A stretch of DNA of 63,196 nt, filler included, from Saprolegnia diclina VS20 (lineage: Eukaryota): the NCBI RefSeq assembly GCF_000281045.1. It is 6 parts of 2 records of this genome, joined end to end, with 100 filler letters (N's around TTAATTAATTAA, not from the genome) between each part and the next. Parts side by side here need not be neighbours in the genome. Positions count along the whole stretch, not along the records: positions 7,906 to 35,434 come from NW_008246071.1; 5 more parts are not named here. One strand, written 5' to 3'. Positions 12,420 through 24,403 of the stretch are shown here, one piece after another (within the stretch, counting starts at the first letter, position 1; each line of letters begins with the position of its first letter). The notes beneath the pieces are model-generated. The model worked only from the letters and a program-made list of their open reading frames with translations. It ran no database searches and was not told the origin of the DNA. A program made the position numbers and the translations under genes.

Positions 12420-13487
12420 CTATGACACGTAGAGCACTCGCCCGTCGCGCGACAGTCGGCGGCCGTCGTCGCTCCTCGTTGTTTCGACTTCATAGTCGTC
12501 CAACGGGCCTGGCGAGAGCAAATGAACGGGCGTTGGGGGTTGCATCTCGTCGACACCGGCGGCTTCGTCGGGCTTTGGGTACGCGGCTTTGAACCAATCG
12601 AGCGCGAGGAGCGCACCGAGACCGCACGGAAGGAGAAAGTTGATGATGTGAAAAATGTACCGCCAATGCCCCGACTTGGCCCTGGACCCGCCCGACGACC
12701 GCGTGCGATTGCGCTTCAAGTTGTTGGTCGCTTGTCGGAACGTCCAGTCGAGGCGCTTGACAAGGAACGGGACGCAGAAGAAGACAAAGAGCGCAATCAA
12801 GAGCAGAATGAACCACTGGACGCGGCGCATGGCCCGCTGCCGAGCAAGCGGCCACCGGTTGATGGAGCGACGGAGGAAGATGTAGACGCAGATGAGCGAG
12901 CCGCCGGCGAGGATCGCGGCGAGCGCATCAAAGACAACCGTGGTGCTCACGATCCAGCAAAAGACGCTGTGGGTTGCCGTGGGCGAGAGGCTCGTAAAGA
13001 AGACTACGACGACGTACACGGCCGTGAGGCCATACACGAGCTTGGAGTAGCCGACGACGATCCTGCGCATGTGGGTGCGCGATTGGCGTGCCAAGAGGTG
13101 GTGGTACGCAATGCTCGTGTAGAGCTCAAAGGACGCGACGAGCACCCACAGCTCGAGCGAGAGGAGGAACGCGTCAGCGAGTACTTGGAGCGGAATGTTC
13201 TTGGTGTGCTGGCAGCTCCGGCGGTAGCGTCGCAGAGTGCTGTTGGGATCACTGGAAGCAGCGTCGTTGTCGTTGTCGAACGACCTTTCTTCAAAGTACA
13301 TGAAGACGATGCTGAAGAAGCTCCAGAGCATGAGCGAGAGAAACATGGAGAAGGTCACGTAGAGCGGCGGCGCCGAGAGCACGCCGCGGCGGTGCTTGAC
13401 GTAGAGCGCGAGCAGCACGAGGGCCGCGAGCCCGAGGAGGCTTCCGGACGCGACGTAATCGACCGTGTCAAAGAGGTCCATGTCCAT
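12420..13487 (-). CDS. Seven-transmembrane GPCR-like protein
   Basis: From MDMDLFDT, seven hydrophobic segments, FCWI in a putative ECL2 and a basic ICL3 (RQRAMRR). The ORF upstream of 13487 looks non-coding. 3' end uncertain. Confidence 0.65.
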   Translation of the reverse strand: MDMDLFDTVDYVASGSLLGLAALVLLALYVKHRRGVLSAPPLYVTFSMFLSLMLWSFFSIVFMYFEERSFDNDNDAASSDPNSTLRRYRRSCQHTKNIPLQVLADAFLLSLELWVLVASFELYTSIAYHHLLARQSRTHMRRIVVGYSKLVYGLTAVYVVVVFFTSLSPTATHSVFCWIVSTTVVFDALAAILAGGSLICVYIFLRRSINRWPLARQRAMRRVQWFILLLIALFVFFCVPFLVKRLDWTFRQATNNLKRNRTRSSGGSRAKSGHWRYIFHIINFLLPCGLGALLALDWFKAAYPKPDEAAGVDEMQPPTPVHLLSPGPLDDYEVETTRSDDGRRLSRDGRVLYVS

Positions 13488-14480
13488 TACTGGTCGAGCC
13501 CGAGACCCAGTACTCGGACAAATGGGTGTCGTGGAGTCTTCCAACGTCGTGGCGCCACCATGGGATTTACACTTTCCACGGCTGTTTTTCCCATCGAATT
13601 TGTGTTTTGCTTTATATGACATACATAGAAGCAAGTCATACAATAGAAAATCGGGATGCCATGGGCGAAACCGGCACCACTTGCCCGCAATGGAGGGGGA
13701 AAGGACGTTTAACCCAGGTGGGACAAACAAGACTGCACACATGCGAGTAATAGACAGGACGCCGTGTGTTGCATACAAAACCCAAGACAAAGCTGATGGA
13801 TCAAGGAGCTGGTCAGCAGCCATCAGCACATCCTTGTGCCAAGTTGCTAGCTTTCCCACTTCCATCGAGCGAACGCGTCGAGTGTTTTGTCGACCAAAGA
13901 GAATAATACTTGCACGGCCAAGTACTGTGGCCAACGAAGCTCAAAGGATTGCTCCGAGCGACTTGCTCGCGGCTGTCCAAGGGCCGAATCAGAGCGGCGC
14001 GCTGGCAACCAAGCCAGTGGTGCACGTTTCTTACCGGTACCACGATCCATGACCACGATCACAGCTCACGATCACCGCATCACTGGATATTTTCATTCGT
14101 TGTGCCCTCGACGCCCGAGAGCGACCTCCAAAGCACCTAATATTGACGCTTTTTGGGCCTATCGATGGAGGCACGACCTTCACGGCCATCGTGCGATGAG
14201 TTCTGAGTTGCTCCGCTAGCGTACCGGTCGCGAGAGATTTTACATTTCCTGACAGCGTCGTTGCACACAAGAGAGAACTAGAGAGAACGTAGCCCTGACT
14301 GTCGAGTGTACTACGCACGCAGGACGTTGTAAGCTAACGAAGAGTGGCGCCAGCGCAGTGATGCATGTCGACTATGGTCACACTATTTCGATTTCACTCT
14401 AATTCATAGTTGTATTCTATTCACGTTTCCACACTATTTGCTGAAGTGCGTATCCGGTCGTGGATCCAAAATCCGGATAG

Positions 14481-16786
14481 ATGGAAGAAGCAGCACGCAT
14501 GGGCGGAGCCGACGAGGAAGAAGTCGCGGTCTTCACCTTTGGCCAGGTACGATGCGAATACGCAGACGTTGCCATGGGCTAAGCCGAGGCCGCGCACAGA
14601 ACTCGTACGGTGAGCTCGGCCACGGCGACACGACGACGCGCTTTGTGCCCACGAAGCTCGAGTTTGCCGTCGGCAAGAACATCGTCGACGTCGCTTGTGG
14701 CAACGAAAACACTGTGCTGCTCTGCAGTACGTTTCGCCGCTATGGCTATAGCTCACACGCTGGCTAGGCAACGGCGACGTCTACGCATGCGGCTACAACG
14801 ACAGGTGCGCAATTTCGCATCGAGACTATGTAGCATCGATGCTATAACGTAGCGGCCAGTGCGGCATTGGCACTGCCCAGCGCGTCACGTCCTTTAAAGC
14901 GCTCATGGCGCTCTGCGAGAAGCAAGTCGTCAAACTCAGCGCTGGCAACGGCTGCGAACACGTCGTCGCCGTCACGGGTGCCGTCCACGTCATTATATGC
15001 AGTGCATCATGGCCTGTTAGAGACCGGCGACGTCTACACGTTTGGGTACAATGCACGGGGGCAGCTCGGCCACGGCAACACGCAGCCGGTCGCTGTACCG
15101 ACGCTGGTCGACGGCCTCGTCGGCAAGAGCGTCCTCAAAGTCTCTTGCAGCTACTTTCACACGATCGCCGTGACCGAAGACAACGAAATGTATGCGTTTG
15201 GCCGCAACGATTTCGGGCAGCTGGGCATTCCGGATGCGCTCGACAAGCAAGTGCCGACGCCAATTCCGTTCTTCAGCCGCCAAAAAGTGCTCTCGGTCGC
15301 CTGCGGGCAGTACCACAGCGTCGTCTCGCTCGGTACGTCACCGTCGCTCCCTCCGGTTCTGATGGTATCTCTGAAATAGCAAATGGCGGCGTCTATGCCT
15401 TTGGCAAAAATGACTTTGGGCAGCTCGGCGTCGAGTCGCCGGGTGTGAAAGCGTCGCCTGTCCGGATCAGTGCGCCCTTGGACACGGACGTTGTCGTGCA
15501 CGTCGCGTGCGGCTATTACCACACGATGGCGCTCACCCAAGCCGGCAAGCTCTACGCATTTGGCCGCAACGACTTTGGTCAGCTCGGGCTTGGGCACAAG
15601 CAAAACATGTACCGTCCGACGGTACATTACTACGCCAAAAATGTCGACGCTTTCGTATGGAGTGACAGGCTTACATGGTAGCTTGTCGCGACGCTGAGCG
15701 AGTTTACGATCGTCGACGTCGCGTGCGGCTGCTACCACACACTGGCGCTGCGTGACAACGGCGTCGTGTACCCGTTCGGCCGCAACAACCACGGCCAGCT
15801 TGGCACCGACAACAACGTGGATGCTGCGCTCCCGACGTACATTGAAGCGCTTCGGGACGTCCGAGTCCGCAAGGTACTCGTCTTTTGTTCCGAGTCGCCT
15901 TGCGCTATGGGCAAGTAGATTGCCGCTGGGTTTTACCACACGGTTTGTGTCACGGGGCCCATCCAGCGGGCTCTCGCGCCAGTCGTGCGCAGCTCGCTCG
16001 GGCGCGACCTCGGCTCACTCTTAAACAACCCGAGTCGCAGCGACGTGACGTTTCTCGTCGATGACCGCCCAGTGTACGCGCACCGGTGCATTCTCATGGT
16101 GCGCTGCGAGCCGCTGGACGCAATGCTCAACGGCAGCATGCGCGAGAGCACAGCAACCGAGATTGTGCTTCCCCACACCCGCGTACGTTGACATCTACAT
16201 CTTGTTCCAACAGACAATATTGTATATGGACTAGCATCCGGTGTTTGTCGCGATGCTCGAGTACATTTACACGGACGCAGTCGTCGCGCTCGAGTACCCG
16301 GCGGCGCTCGACATTGGTTGAGCATGCTATCGATTGGTGCGTTTTGTGCTGATAGATTGATACATAGAGTTTGTGCTCGAGCTCATGGCGCTCGCCGACC
16401 AATTCCTTCTCGACAACCTCAAGCTGTACGGACATTGCTCGGTGCTAACGTCACATTTTGCAATAGAAAGTGCGAGTGGGCGATTCAAAAGAGCATCGAG
16501 CCGAGCAACATCACCAAACTGCTCGAGGTATCGACGACAATAGCGTTCCCAGACGTAGTGCCGTTCGTAGACGGCCTACTTCCAGCACGCGCAGTACCTC
16601 AAGAAATGCTGCATCGACTTTGTCTTGGCGAATTTTGGCCTCGTCATTGCCAACCCGGTATCCGTCTGTTCTGTGTAACCCTATCCCACGACCGCTGCGT
16701 AGCACTTTGTCGAGCTGCCGCCGGACGTCATGCAAGAGATCCTGATCGCCGCGTCCCGCCGCGGCGTCATCATCAAACCCATGTAG
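14481..16786 (+). CDS. RCC1-repeat + BTB/POZ domain protein, many introns
   Basis: Repeated VY[TA]FGxNxxGQLG and VACGxYHT motifs, then BTB SDVTFLVDDRPVYAHRCILMVRC. Confidence 0.9.
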
Positions 16787-16843
16787 TCGGCAAGGTGGAG
16801 CGTACGCAACATTTTTTGTCTACAATTATACCACTTGGGTTTT

Positions 16844-18363
16844 CTACTTGAGCTCCGTGAGCATCGCGATCGGGTTCTCCAGATACGCCTTCCACTTGGT
16901 CGAGAAGCGCGCCATGGTCGCGCCGTCAATGACGCGGTGGTCGCCCGACCACGAGACGTTCATGACCTTGACGGGCACGACGCTGCCGTCGGCCGCAAAG
17001 CGCGGCAGCGTCTGGATTTTGCCGAGCGCGCCGATCGCGACCTGCGGCACCATGATGACGGGGCTCATGTACGTGCCGCCGATCGAGCCAATGTTGGAGA
17101 GGCTAAAGGTGCCGCCCGTAAGGTCCGCGGGCCCGAGCTTGCCGTCGGCGCCGAGCTTCTGGAGACGCGCGAGGTCCTCAGCAATGTCTAGCACCGACTT
17201 GGACTCGACGTTCTTGACGTTCGGGACGAGGAGACCCTTGGGCGTGTCCATGGCCACCGAGATGTTGTGCTGCGCGTGCATCGTGATGCTCGACTCGTCC
17301 TCCGAGACGGACGCGTTGAGCACCGGGTAGTACTTGAGCGCGAGCGACGCCGCCTTGATCATGAGCGGGAGGTACGTGACCTTGACGCCGCGCGCCGACG
17401 CGATCGGCTTGAGCGTGTTGCGGAGCTCGTCGAGCGCGTTCATCTCAATCTGTTGCGGAGAGAGCAAGAGATGAGTTATAGAATGTAGAGCGATGCGAGA
17501 GGCGTGTACCTCGTCGGCGTAGCCAAAGTGGGGCACCTTCAAGGCCGCGTTCATGGACTTGACCATCATCTTTTGAATGGCTACGGGCAAGAGATGAGAC
17601 GGGAGGTGAATGGTATCACATTCGTACGCGTCACGGGCACGGTCGTGCTCTCGGTCAAAAACTCAAAGGCAGGCGTCGCCGATGCCGACGCGGGGGCCAC
17701 CGACGAAGCCGACGGCGTCGCGACCGGCGCAGGAGCCGCCTTGTTCTCGGCCAAGTACTTGATGTAGTTGAGGACATCGCCCTTCAAGATGCGGTCGCCC
17801 TCAGCCGGCACGTCTTCCAAGTCAATGTTGTGCTCGCGCGCGAGACGGCGCACGGACGGCGTCGTGAGAAACTTGCCGCCGGTCGACGGGCGCGTGATCG
17901 GGAGGCGCGCGACGGGTTCGGCAGATACCGGCGTCGGGGCCGACACGATCGGCGTCGGCGTCGGCGCGGCCTTCTTGATTGGCTCGACCTTCTTGGCCGG
18001 CGCCTTGGACTTGGGCGCGCTCGAGGCATTCTGGGCTGCCGCAACTTCGTCCGAGACGTCGAGGTCGATGAGCGCGCTCCCGACCTTGGCCATCTGACCC
18101 GGCTCGTAATGGAGCTTTGTGATCGTGCCATCGAAGCGGCTCGTGATCTCGACCGTCGCCTTGTCCGACTGCACTTCGACGAGGTTCTGGAACTGCGCGA
18201 TCTTGTCGCCGGGCTTGACAAACCACTGGAGCACTTCGACCTCGGCGATGCCCTCGCCAATGTCGGAGAGCTTGAACGAGATCTCAGGCATGGCCACGGC
18301 ACGGGAGCTATGGAAGCCGGCGCGGGTCGACGCGAGGAGGCTGCGGCGCAAGGTCAACATCAT
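16844..18363 (-). CDS. DBT: Branched-chain 2-oxoacid dehydrogenase E2 (dihydrolipoamide acyltransferase), mitochondrial
   Basis: Presequence, lipoyl domain [20 protein letters not shown]...[15 protein letters not shown]3-binding [10 protein letters not shown] and catalytic SNIGSIGG...[10 protein letters not shown]. Confidence 0.95.
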
Positions 18364-18961
18364 CGAGAGGCTGCAAAAGTAGAAATGTTCAAAACTTCGT
18401 TTGCACTTCGAATCGCCCGACGCTTTTACACTTGATGTTTGTATGCCACCACGCAACGGCCAATTAACCTGCAACAGAGAGACCTTGGGGTTTGTATACA
18501 CACGGCAAGTGTGCCACCTGGCGCCTGGCGCATGTGACAGATGACTCATGACCGCTCCTGCAGTGTCGTCTGGGTGCGGCACGGTACCTCCCAGGTAACG
18601 CGGCGACCGGCCAGTCAGTAGCCGTCCAGAAACCGCTCGTAGTCGTCCTTGTCGCCCGGCCTTGCCTTGTGGCCGTGCGAGGGCGAGCGCGCCGAGGAAG
18701 GAACTCGCCCTGGAAGCCGACGGGCTTATGCAGCCGGCGCCGTGCCATGTCACAGCCTTGAAGTTCAAGGAGGCCTCCCACTGTGGCCGTACGTACGAGC
18801 TGGGTACCGAATTCCGGCGGCCGTGAGATCGACTCGTACCATACATCGTACATTGTACATTGTACATTGCATAGAGTGCGAAGTGAAAGCGTACGGGCAG
18901 GACGGGACGCGGGGCGGGAGGACACTCTCAAACGGCACTATCGGGCGGATGACATGGAATC

Positions 18962-18981
18962 TTCGTACTTCGAAGTACGAA
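18962..18981. promoter_or_regulatory. Perfect 20-bp palindrome TTCGTACTTCGAAGTACGAA in the DBT/BCKDHB divergent region
   Basis: Self-reverse-complementary sequence, 11 nt upstream of an Inr-like motif. Function unknown. Confidence 0.5.
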
Positions 18982-18992
18982 CGCTGGAGATT

Positions 18993-19006
18993 TCACTTTG
19001 CATTTC
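18993..19006 (+). promoter_or_regulatory. Oomycete Inr+FPR core-promoter-like motif TCACTTTGCATTTC
   Basis: Fits YCAYTY-NNN-WTTY and lies ~30-40 nt upstream of the BCKDHB ATG. Confidence 0.55.
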
Positions 19007-19033
19007 GTCGTCTGTCGCACTCGACCACACACC

Positions 19034-20277
19034 ATGCTGCCCTCGACGCGCCGCCTCAGCACGCTCGCGTCCTCGACGCTCCGCCGCCAGTTCGCCTCGA
19101 CGCCGCTCGTCACGGAGCGCATGAACATGTTCACGGCGCTGAACGATGCGATGCGCGTGGCCATGGAGACCGACCCGACGGCGGTCGTCTTTGGCGAGGA
19201 CGTGGCGTTTGGCGGCGTCTTCCGCTGCACGGTGGACCTGAAAGAGCAGTTTGGCGAAGACCGCGTCTTCAACTCGCCGCTCTGCGAGCAAGGTATCGCG
19301 GGCTTCGCCATCGGCTATGCGAGCATTGGCCGCACGGCGATTGCGGAAATCCAGTTTGCCGACTACATTTTTCCTGCGTTTGACCAGATTGTGAACGAAG
19401 CCGCCAAGTTCCGGTACCGCTCGGGCAACCAGTTTGACTGCGGCAAGCTCACGTTCCGTGCGCCGTACGGTGCTGTCGGCCACGGCGCGCACTACCACTC
19501 GCAGTCGCCCGAGGCGTACTTTGCGCACACGCCGGGCCTCAAGGTCGTCATTCCGCGCAACCCGACGCAGGCCAAGGGCCTCCTCCTCGCATCAATCCGC
19601 GACCCCAACCCGGTGAGCTCTCACTTCTTATTGCCGTGCTCACACCTACGCTGTAGGTTGTCTTTTTCGAGCCCAAGGCGCTCTACCGCGCGTCGGTGAG
19701 CGACGTGCCCGTCGGTGACTTTACCGTGCCCCTCGGCCAAGCCGACATTATGCGGTCGGGTACCGACATTACGATTGTCGGCTGGGGCGCGCAGATGCGC
19801 GTCCTCGAAGACGTACGTGGCGTTATGCGCTCCACAATATATCCTGAGGCTCTTGGACTAGGCGTGCGACATGGCCGAAGAGGCCGGTGTGAGCTGCGAG
19901 CTCATCGATCTGCAGACGATTACGCCGTGGGACGTCGACACGGTCGAGCAGTCGGTGCGCAAGACCGGTCGCCTCATCGTGTCCCATGAAGCCCCGGTAC
20001 AGTGTGCATCTTGATCGCCGACGTCACCTCACTGTCTGGCTAGAAAACCGGTGGCTTTGCGTCCGAGATTGCGTCGACGATCCAAGAGCGCTGCTTCCTC
20101 AACTTGGAGGCGCCGGTCCAGCGCGTCTGCGGCTACGACACGCCGTTCCCGCTCGCGTACGAAAAGGTAATGCTCATCTCGACCACGTCAAGTCGGTCGG
20201 ACTCACTCGTTGGCTAGCTGTACCTCCCCGATGCGCTCAAGAACTTTGAGGCAATCAAGCACGCCGTCAACTACTAG
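19034..20277 (+). CDS. BCKDHB: Branched-chain 2-oxoacid dehydrogenase E1 beta subunit, mitochondrial
   Basis: [78 protein letters not shown]. Confidence 0.97.
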
Positions 20278-20319
20278 TCGCATTGTATCTAACACCGTCC
20301 CCCGTTTAGAGTCGTCTGT

Positions 20320-23300
20320 CTAGCGCGTAGGGGTACTGGCTTGGTCGACGTCGTGCATCGCAGCTTCGCAGTACTGGCAAAAGAGCTGGGTCTGGGCAAA
20401 CTCGGCGTAAAAGTGCCGGTGGCCGCTGGCCGCTGTGGCCTTTTCAAACTCTTCTTGAAGGACATCGTACGACGACTTGGCTACACGATCCACTTGCATG
20501 AGCCATCGACGAGGCATGGTCAACGGTACATACTGGCGTGGGGCAACAGCGGAAGGGTGGTGATGGCGCCGCACAGCGTCGAGAAGAGACACTCGGTCTT
20601 GGACACGGCGAGCGAGAGCACATCGTTCTCCGCATCTGAATCCACATGTGAGAACACGAGCGAAGGAGTCGGAAATGGGGACCCGAGAGGTCGTGCCACG
20701 GGTGGGGCGGCCGCGCGGGCAGTGCGCGCATCTTGGCTTGGCAGTCGCTGAGCACCGTCTCGAGCTCGCGGCTCGTTGGAAACGGCGTCGGCGCAAACGG
20801 TGACGCAACGTCGTCAGCCTCGACGTGCACAAAGCACACGTCCGGCCACTCATCGTGTGCAAAGCCGTTGTGGACTCCAACGAGGTACGGCACGGGCGAA
20901 TGTAGAAAGTCGAGCAGACTCGACGGTAGCACCGGAATGTACGTCGACTAGACACAACAATATTGTCATATACCATTACGACAAGACAAGACAGAGTCCT
21001 CATTTTCTTCCCTTGCGACAAGAAAGGCCGTACCTGCCACTGGAACGGCCGAAGGAGCACGACAAACGCGGCGCTCACGGCGGCGAGCTTGGCGGTCGAG
21101 TCGCTGACGATAGCGACTTGCTTCTCCAAGAGCAAATGCCCGAGCACGAGCACAATGTTGTCGGCCGAGAGGAGCGACAGCAGCACGGCAACAGTCCACT
21201 CGTCCGTGCGCGCCATTGGAAACTAGTCGAAAGAATCGCGCTTGATACAACCTTTAGGGGTCTACCTGGTATTTGACGTCGCAATGACCGAGCCGGACGC
21301 TGGTCCAGGACCCGGCCTCGCCGACCTTCATGCTGCGGTACCGTCGCAAGAGCTACAAAAGCGTGGCATCAACAGCCGCTGCGTGATGCCGCTGAGCGTA
21401 CTTCCAAGACCGTGGACGACCCGCGACCGCGCTCCAAGCGCGCATTCGACGACGCCCGTCTTGGAGCTTTTGTCACGATGCGCTGGAAGCGGAGCTTGAG
21501 CGGACGCTTGGCCGAGTCGAGAAGACGCAACGACTCGGCAAACGCAAGGTCGCCTAGCCAAGTACACTTACCATACATTCTTTCGCAAACCGACCACATA
21601 CCAATGGGAAAGCCGTTGATAGCGACGAGAAGGTCGCCGACGCGGACGCCGGCTTTGCCCATCGACGCCTCCACCGAGTCGACAATAGCCTGGACGCGAG
21701 GTCTCGCCGCCGCTGCACTGAGGGGCAAGGCGCGTTTCTTGCCAGACGCCGACCAGCTCCGGCTGCGGTAGAAGACGCGGGGCGCCACGTCCTTTGTTGG
21801 CGGCGGCGCCATCGCACGTCGGTCGTCCGTGAGCGTCACGCTGCCATCGGGCGCCTTGGTGGCAGGCGTCGCAATTGCATCCAAGAGACGCACGTCTTTC
21901 TCCGAGAGACCTGCCTCGGACGGACCCACGTCGTCCTTGCGCTTGAGCGTCAGCCCGAGCAACGGCTGGTGCACCGTCACCTACACCAGACAACCGTGCA
22001 TCTGGCACTCGAAACAGCAACGGTACGTCGACAAACGTCGGCCGGTGCAGCGCCGACTGGGCCTCGCGCGCGACTTGCCGGCTGCGCATGTCGGCTTCGA
22101 TGAGCGTACGCAAAAACTAGAATGCAATTTGAGAAGAGGAAACAGCGAGTCGAGTCGACGTGGTAGTGGAGCTTGTAGAACGGGTACTTGCTCGTGACGC
22201 AGTAGCTCCGCGGCGTGAGCACGACGGGCGACTCTTCAAAGAATGCGCCGTCCTTGTCCGTGAGCGGGGACGCCAAGATGCCGGCGAGCGAGTGAAATGT
22301 CGCATCGCGCGGCAGCGACCGCGGTTTGCTCGGCGCGACCCCATCGGCATCCGAGTCGGAGTTCATCGCGTCTAAATGGCCGCTGTCGAGCAAGAGCGGC
22401 GGGTCGTCGGCGTCCATGAGCACGGCGGCGCAGAGCCCGTAGAGCGCTTCGCCTTTCGAACCCGTGAGCCGGAATGTGTACGTCTGCGCGTTGAACGGCT
22501 ACACGTCCATTCACATCAAGCAACGCTGGGCACTCGAAGAGCTGACCTCGAGGAGCTGGCGAAAGCAGCTCGCAGCGTCGCTCGTCCACTGCGAGATGAG
22601 CGACCCACGGAGGCTCTCGGCGTCGGCGACCGAGCACGAAAACGCCGGTGCGCCGACGGGGAAGCAAAACCCGCTGACTGCTTGGTCATTCAAGGGATAG
22701 ACCGCCTAGCGCCAAATCTGGTTGTCTGCTGCTACCGTGAGAATACTACCGCAGGCGGGTACTGGAAGAGAATGGCTGGCTTCCAAAAGCCGACAGGCGA
22801 CTCGCCCTCGAGCACGGGCTCGATGGCCGACGACGACGCTGGGATCCCAGCGATGAAGAAATGCTCGAAAATCCGATCGCGCTTGCCGTGGAAGCACGTG
22901 ATCGACTTGGCGAGCGTCTGCAGCCGCTTCGAGCTCGACCGGTATCCTGCGTGGAACGTGCGTGCGTAGAGGAGGTTGAGCATCATGGCCTGGCCTTCCT
23001 CCTTTGCATCGTGCCGAGGCGAGAGTGAGAAGGGAGCGTGGCCAATGTCCATCGTGCTCGACCGCACCGAGCGCGTGGGCACGGTCGCCGGCGGCTGGTC
23101 CAGCAGCAGGTGCAGCGGTGGCGGCGACGTATGCCGGCCTCGGCTCGACGGACCTTGCTCGTCGTCGGTCGAGTCTTCGTCGTCGCCATCCAGGTCAAAG
23201 GATGGCAGCGTCGGGCTCAGGATCGCCGACGTCTCGTTCGGGTCGCTGACGCATCGATACATGAGCCTTCCGCCTCGTCGAGACGTCGAGGCACCTGAGG

Positions 23301-23563
23301 ATGCTGGCGAAGCGTCGCACCAGCGCTTCGTTCTGCGACGTCTTGTTCTGCTCCTGCTGCAGCACAACGACCAGCGTCTTGGTCATTTCCCGCCGGCGCT
23401 CACGCTCGGCAATGTACTTCTTCTTCCACGCCGCCGCCTCCCGCAGCGCCTGCGCCTTGGCCCGCTACCCATACGCGCCGATCCACCGCGGCCACAAGAT
23501 CGGTCAGGAAGGGTCTACCTCAGCCTCCTCGCACCGCGTCTGCCACATGCCCGCCGTCGCCAT
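20320..23563 (-). CDS. DENN-domain Rab GEF with N-terminal coiled coil and internal PDZ-like domain
   Basis: uDENN (IFEHFFIAG, ILFQYPP, FCFPVG), SYCVTSKYPFY, cDENN (LLLEKQV, LLRPFQWQ, IPVLP..LLDFLHSPVPYLVG), dDENN (FAQTQLF), plus AGVRVGDLLVAING. Confidence 0.85.
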
Positions 23564-24226
23564 GAACAATGACAACGCCGTCTCTGAGATCCCAACGTGT
23601 TTGCGACGACGCTGGGTGGCAAGCGCTCAGTTGCGTTTTAAATAATAAAGAGCGATATCAAACGCCGATACAAAGGCTTTGTATTCGACGACAGCCCGCT
23701 GGTGAAGGCCAGTGGCTCCAAGATACCAGCGCGAAAAGCCTTGGATCTTCTGTCTTCTTTTCGATTGCTGGCTGGCGCTGCCACGTGGCACCTCGACGAC
23801 CCAACGGCAATGTCAACCGGCTGCGTTCGTTGCCGGGATACGGAAGGCACTCGCTGGAGCTAGTACAATTAGTGTACTCTGTGCTCTCCACAACTACCGG
23901 TACTACTACACAGTAGTATTTGTACAGACTTGCACAGAAGTTGGCGACGACACCAACTGGGACGAGACAAGTCGATGTCCAAAAAGCTTGCCTGAAAAAA
24001 TCGGGTCGGCTGACAGGGCGTGCGGTGGCCGCACCGCAGGTGCGACCCCGTACACCGCGAGGCCGTCACTGCTTTCATCGACACCTTGTGAAGGACTCGT
24101 GGGACCGAGCGCTGGTGGGGCGGCACCGGTGCAGCGCACGCGGTGGCAGGGCGACGCACCACCGCTCTCGGTAGCCAATCAGCTGTCGCCACCCGCTTGG
24201 CCGTTCTTTAAAATGGTGGTCGTTTA

Positions 24227-24314
24227 ACTTGCGGTTTGTATGCCAACGGCGGTCTTTCGTTGACTTGCGGTTAGTATACCCGATCGCGGCGAAAAAAGAA
24301 CTTGCGGTTTGTAT
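24227..24314 (+). promoter_or_regulatory. Three direct copies of ACTTGCGGTTWGTAT upstream of the PHD gene
   Basis: Copies start at 24227, 24263 and 24300. Confidence 0.55.
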
Positions 24315-24403
24315 CGGGCCAAAAATCGTCGGCTCCACCGCCATAAACCCACGACCGCACCGGACGTCGGTTGCCGCTCGTCCACCGTGCGAACCCGCGT
24401 GCG

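Noticed and set aside
13488..13934. N-terminal extension of the 7TM ORF, including KCKSHGG
   Set aside because: AT-richer with non-coding-like codon usage; a single partial zinc motif is insufficient.
24227..24314. Repeat-spacer pattern as a CRISPR array
   Set aside because: Only three 15-nt repeats, eukaryotic context and no cas genes.
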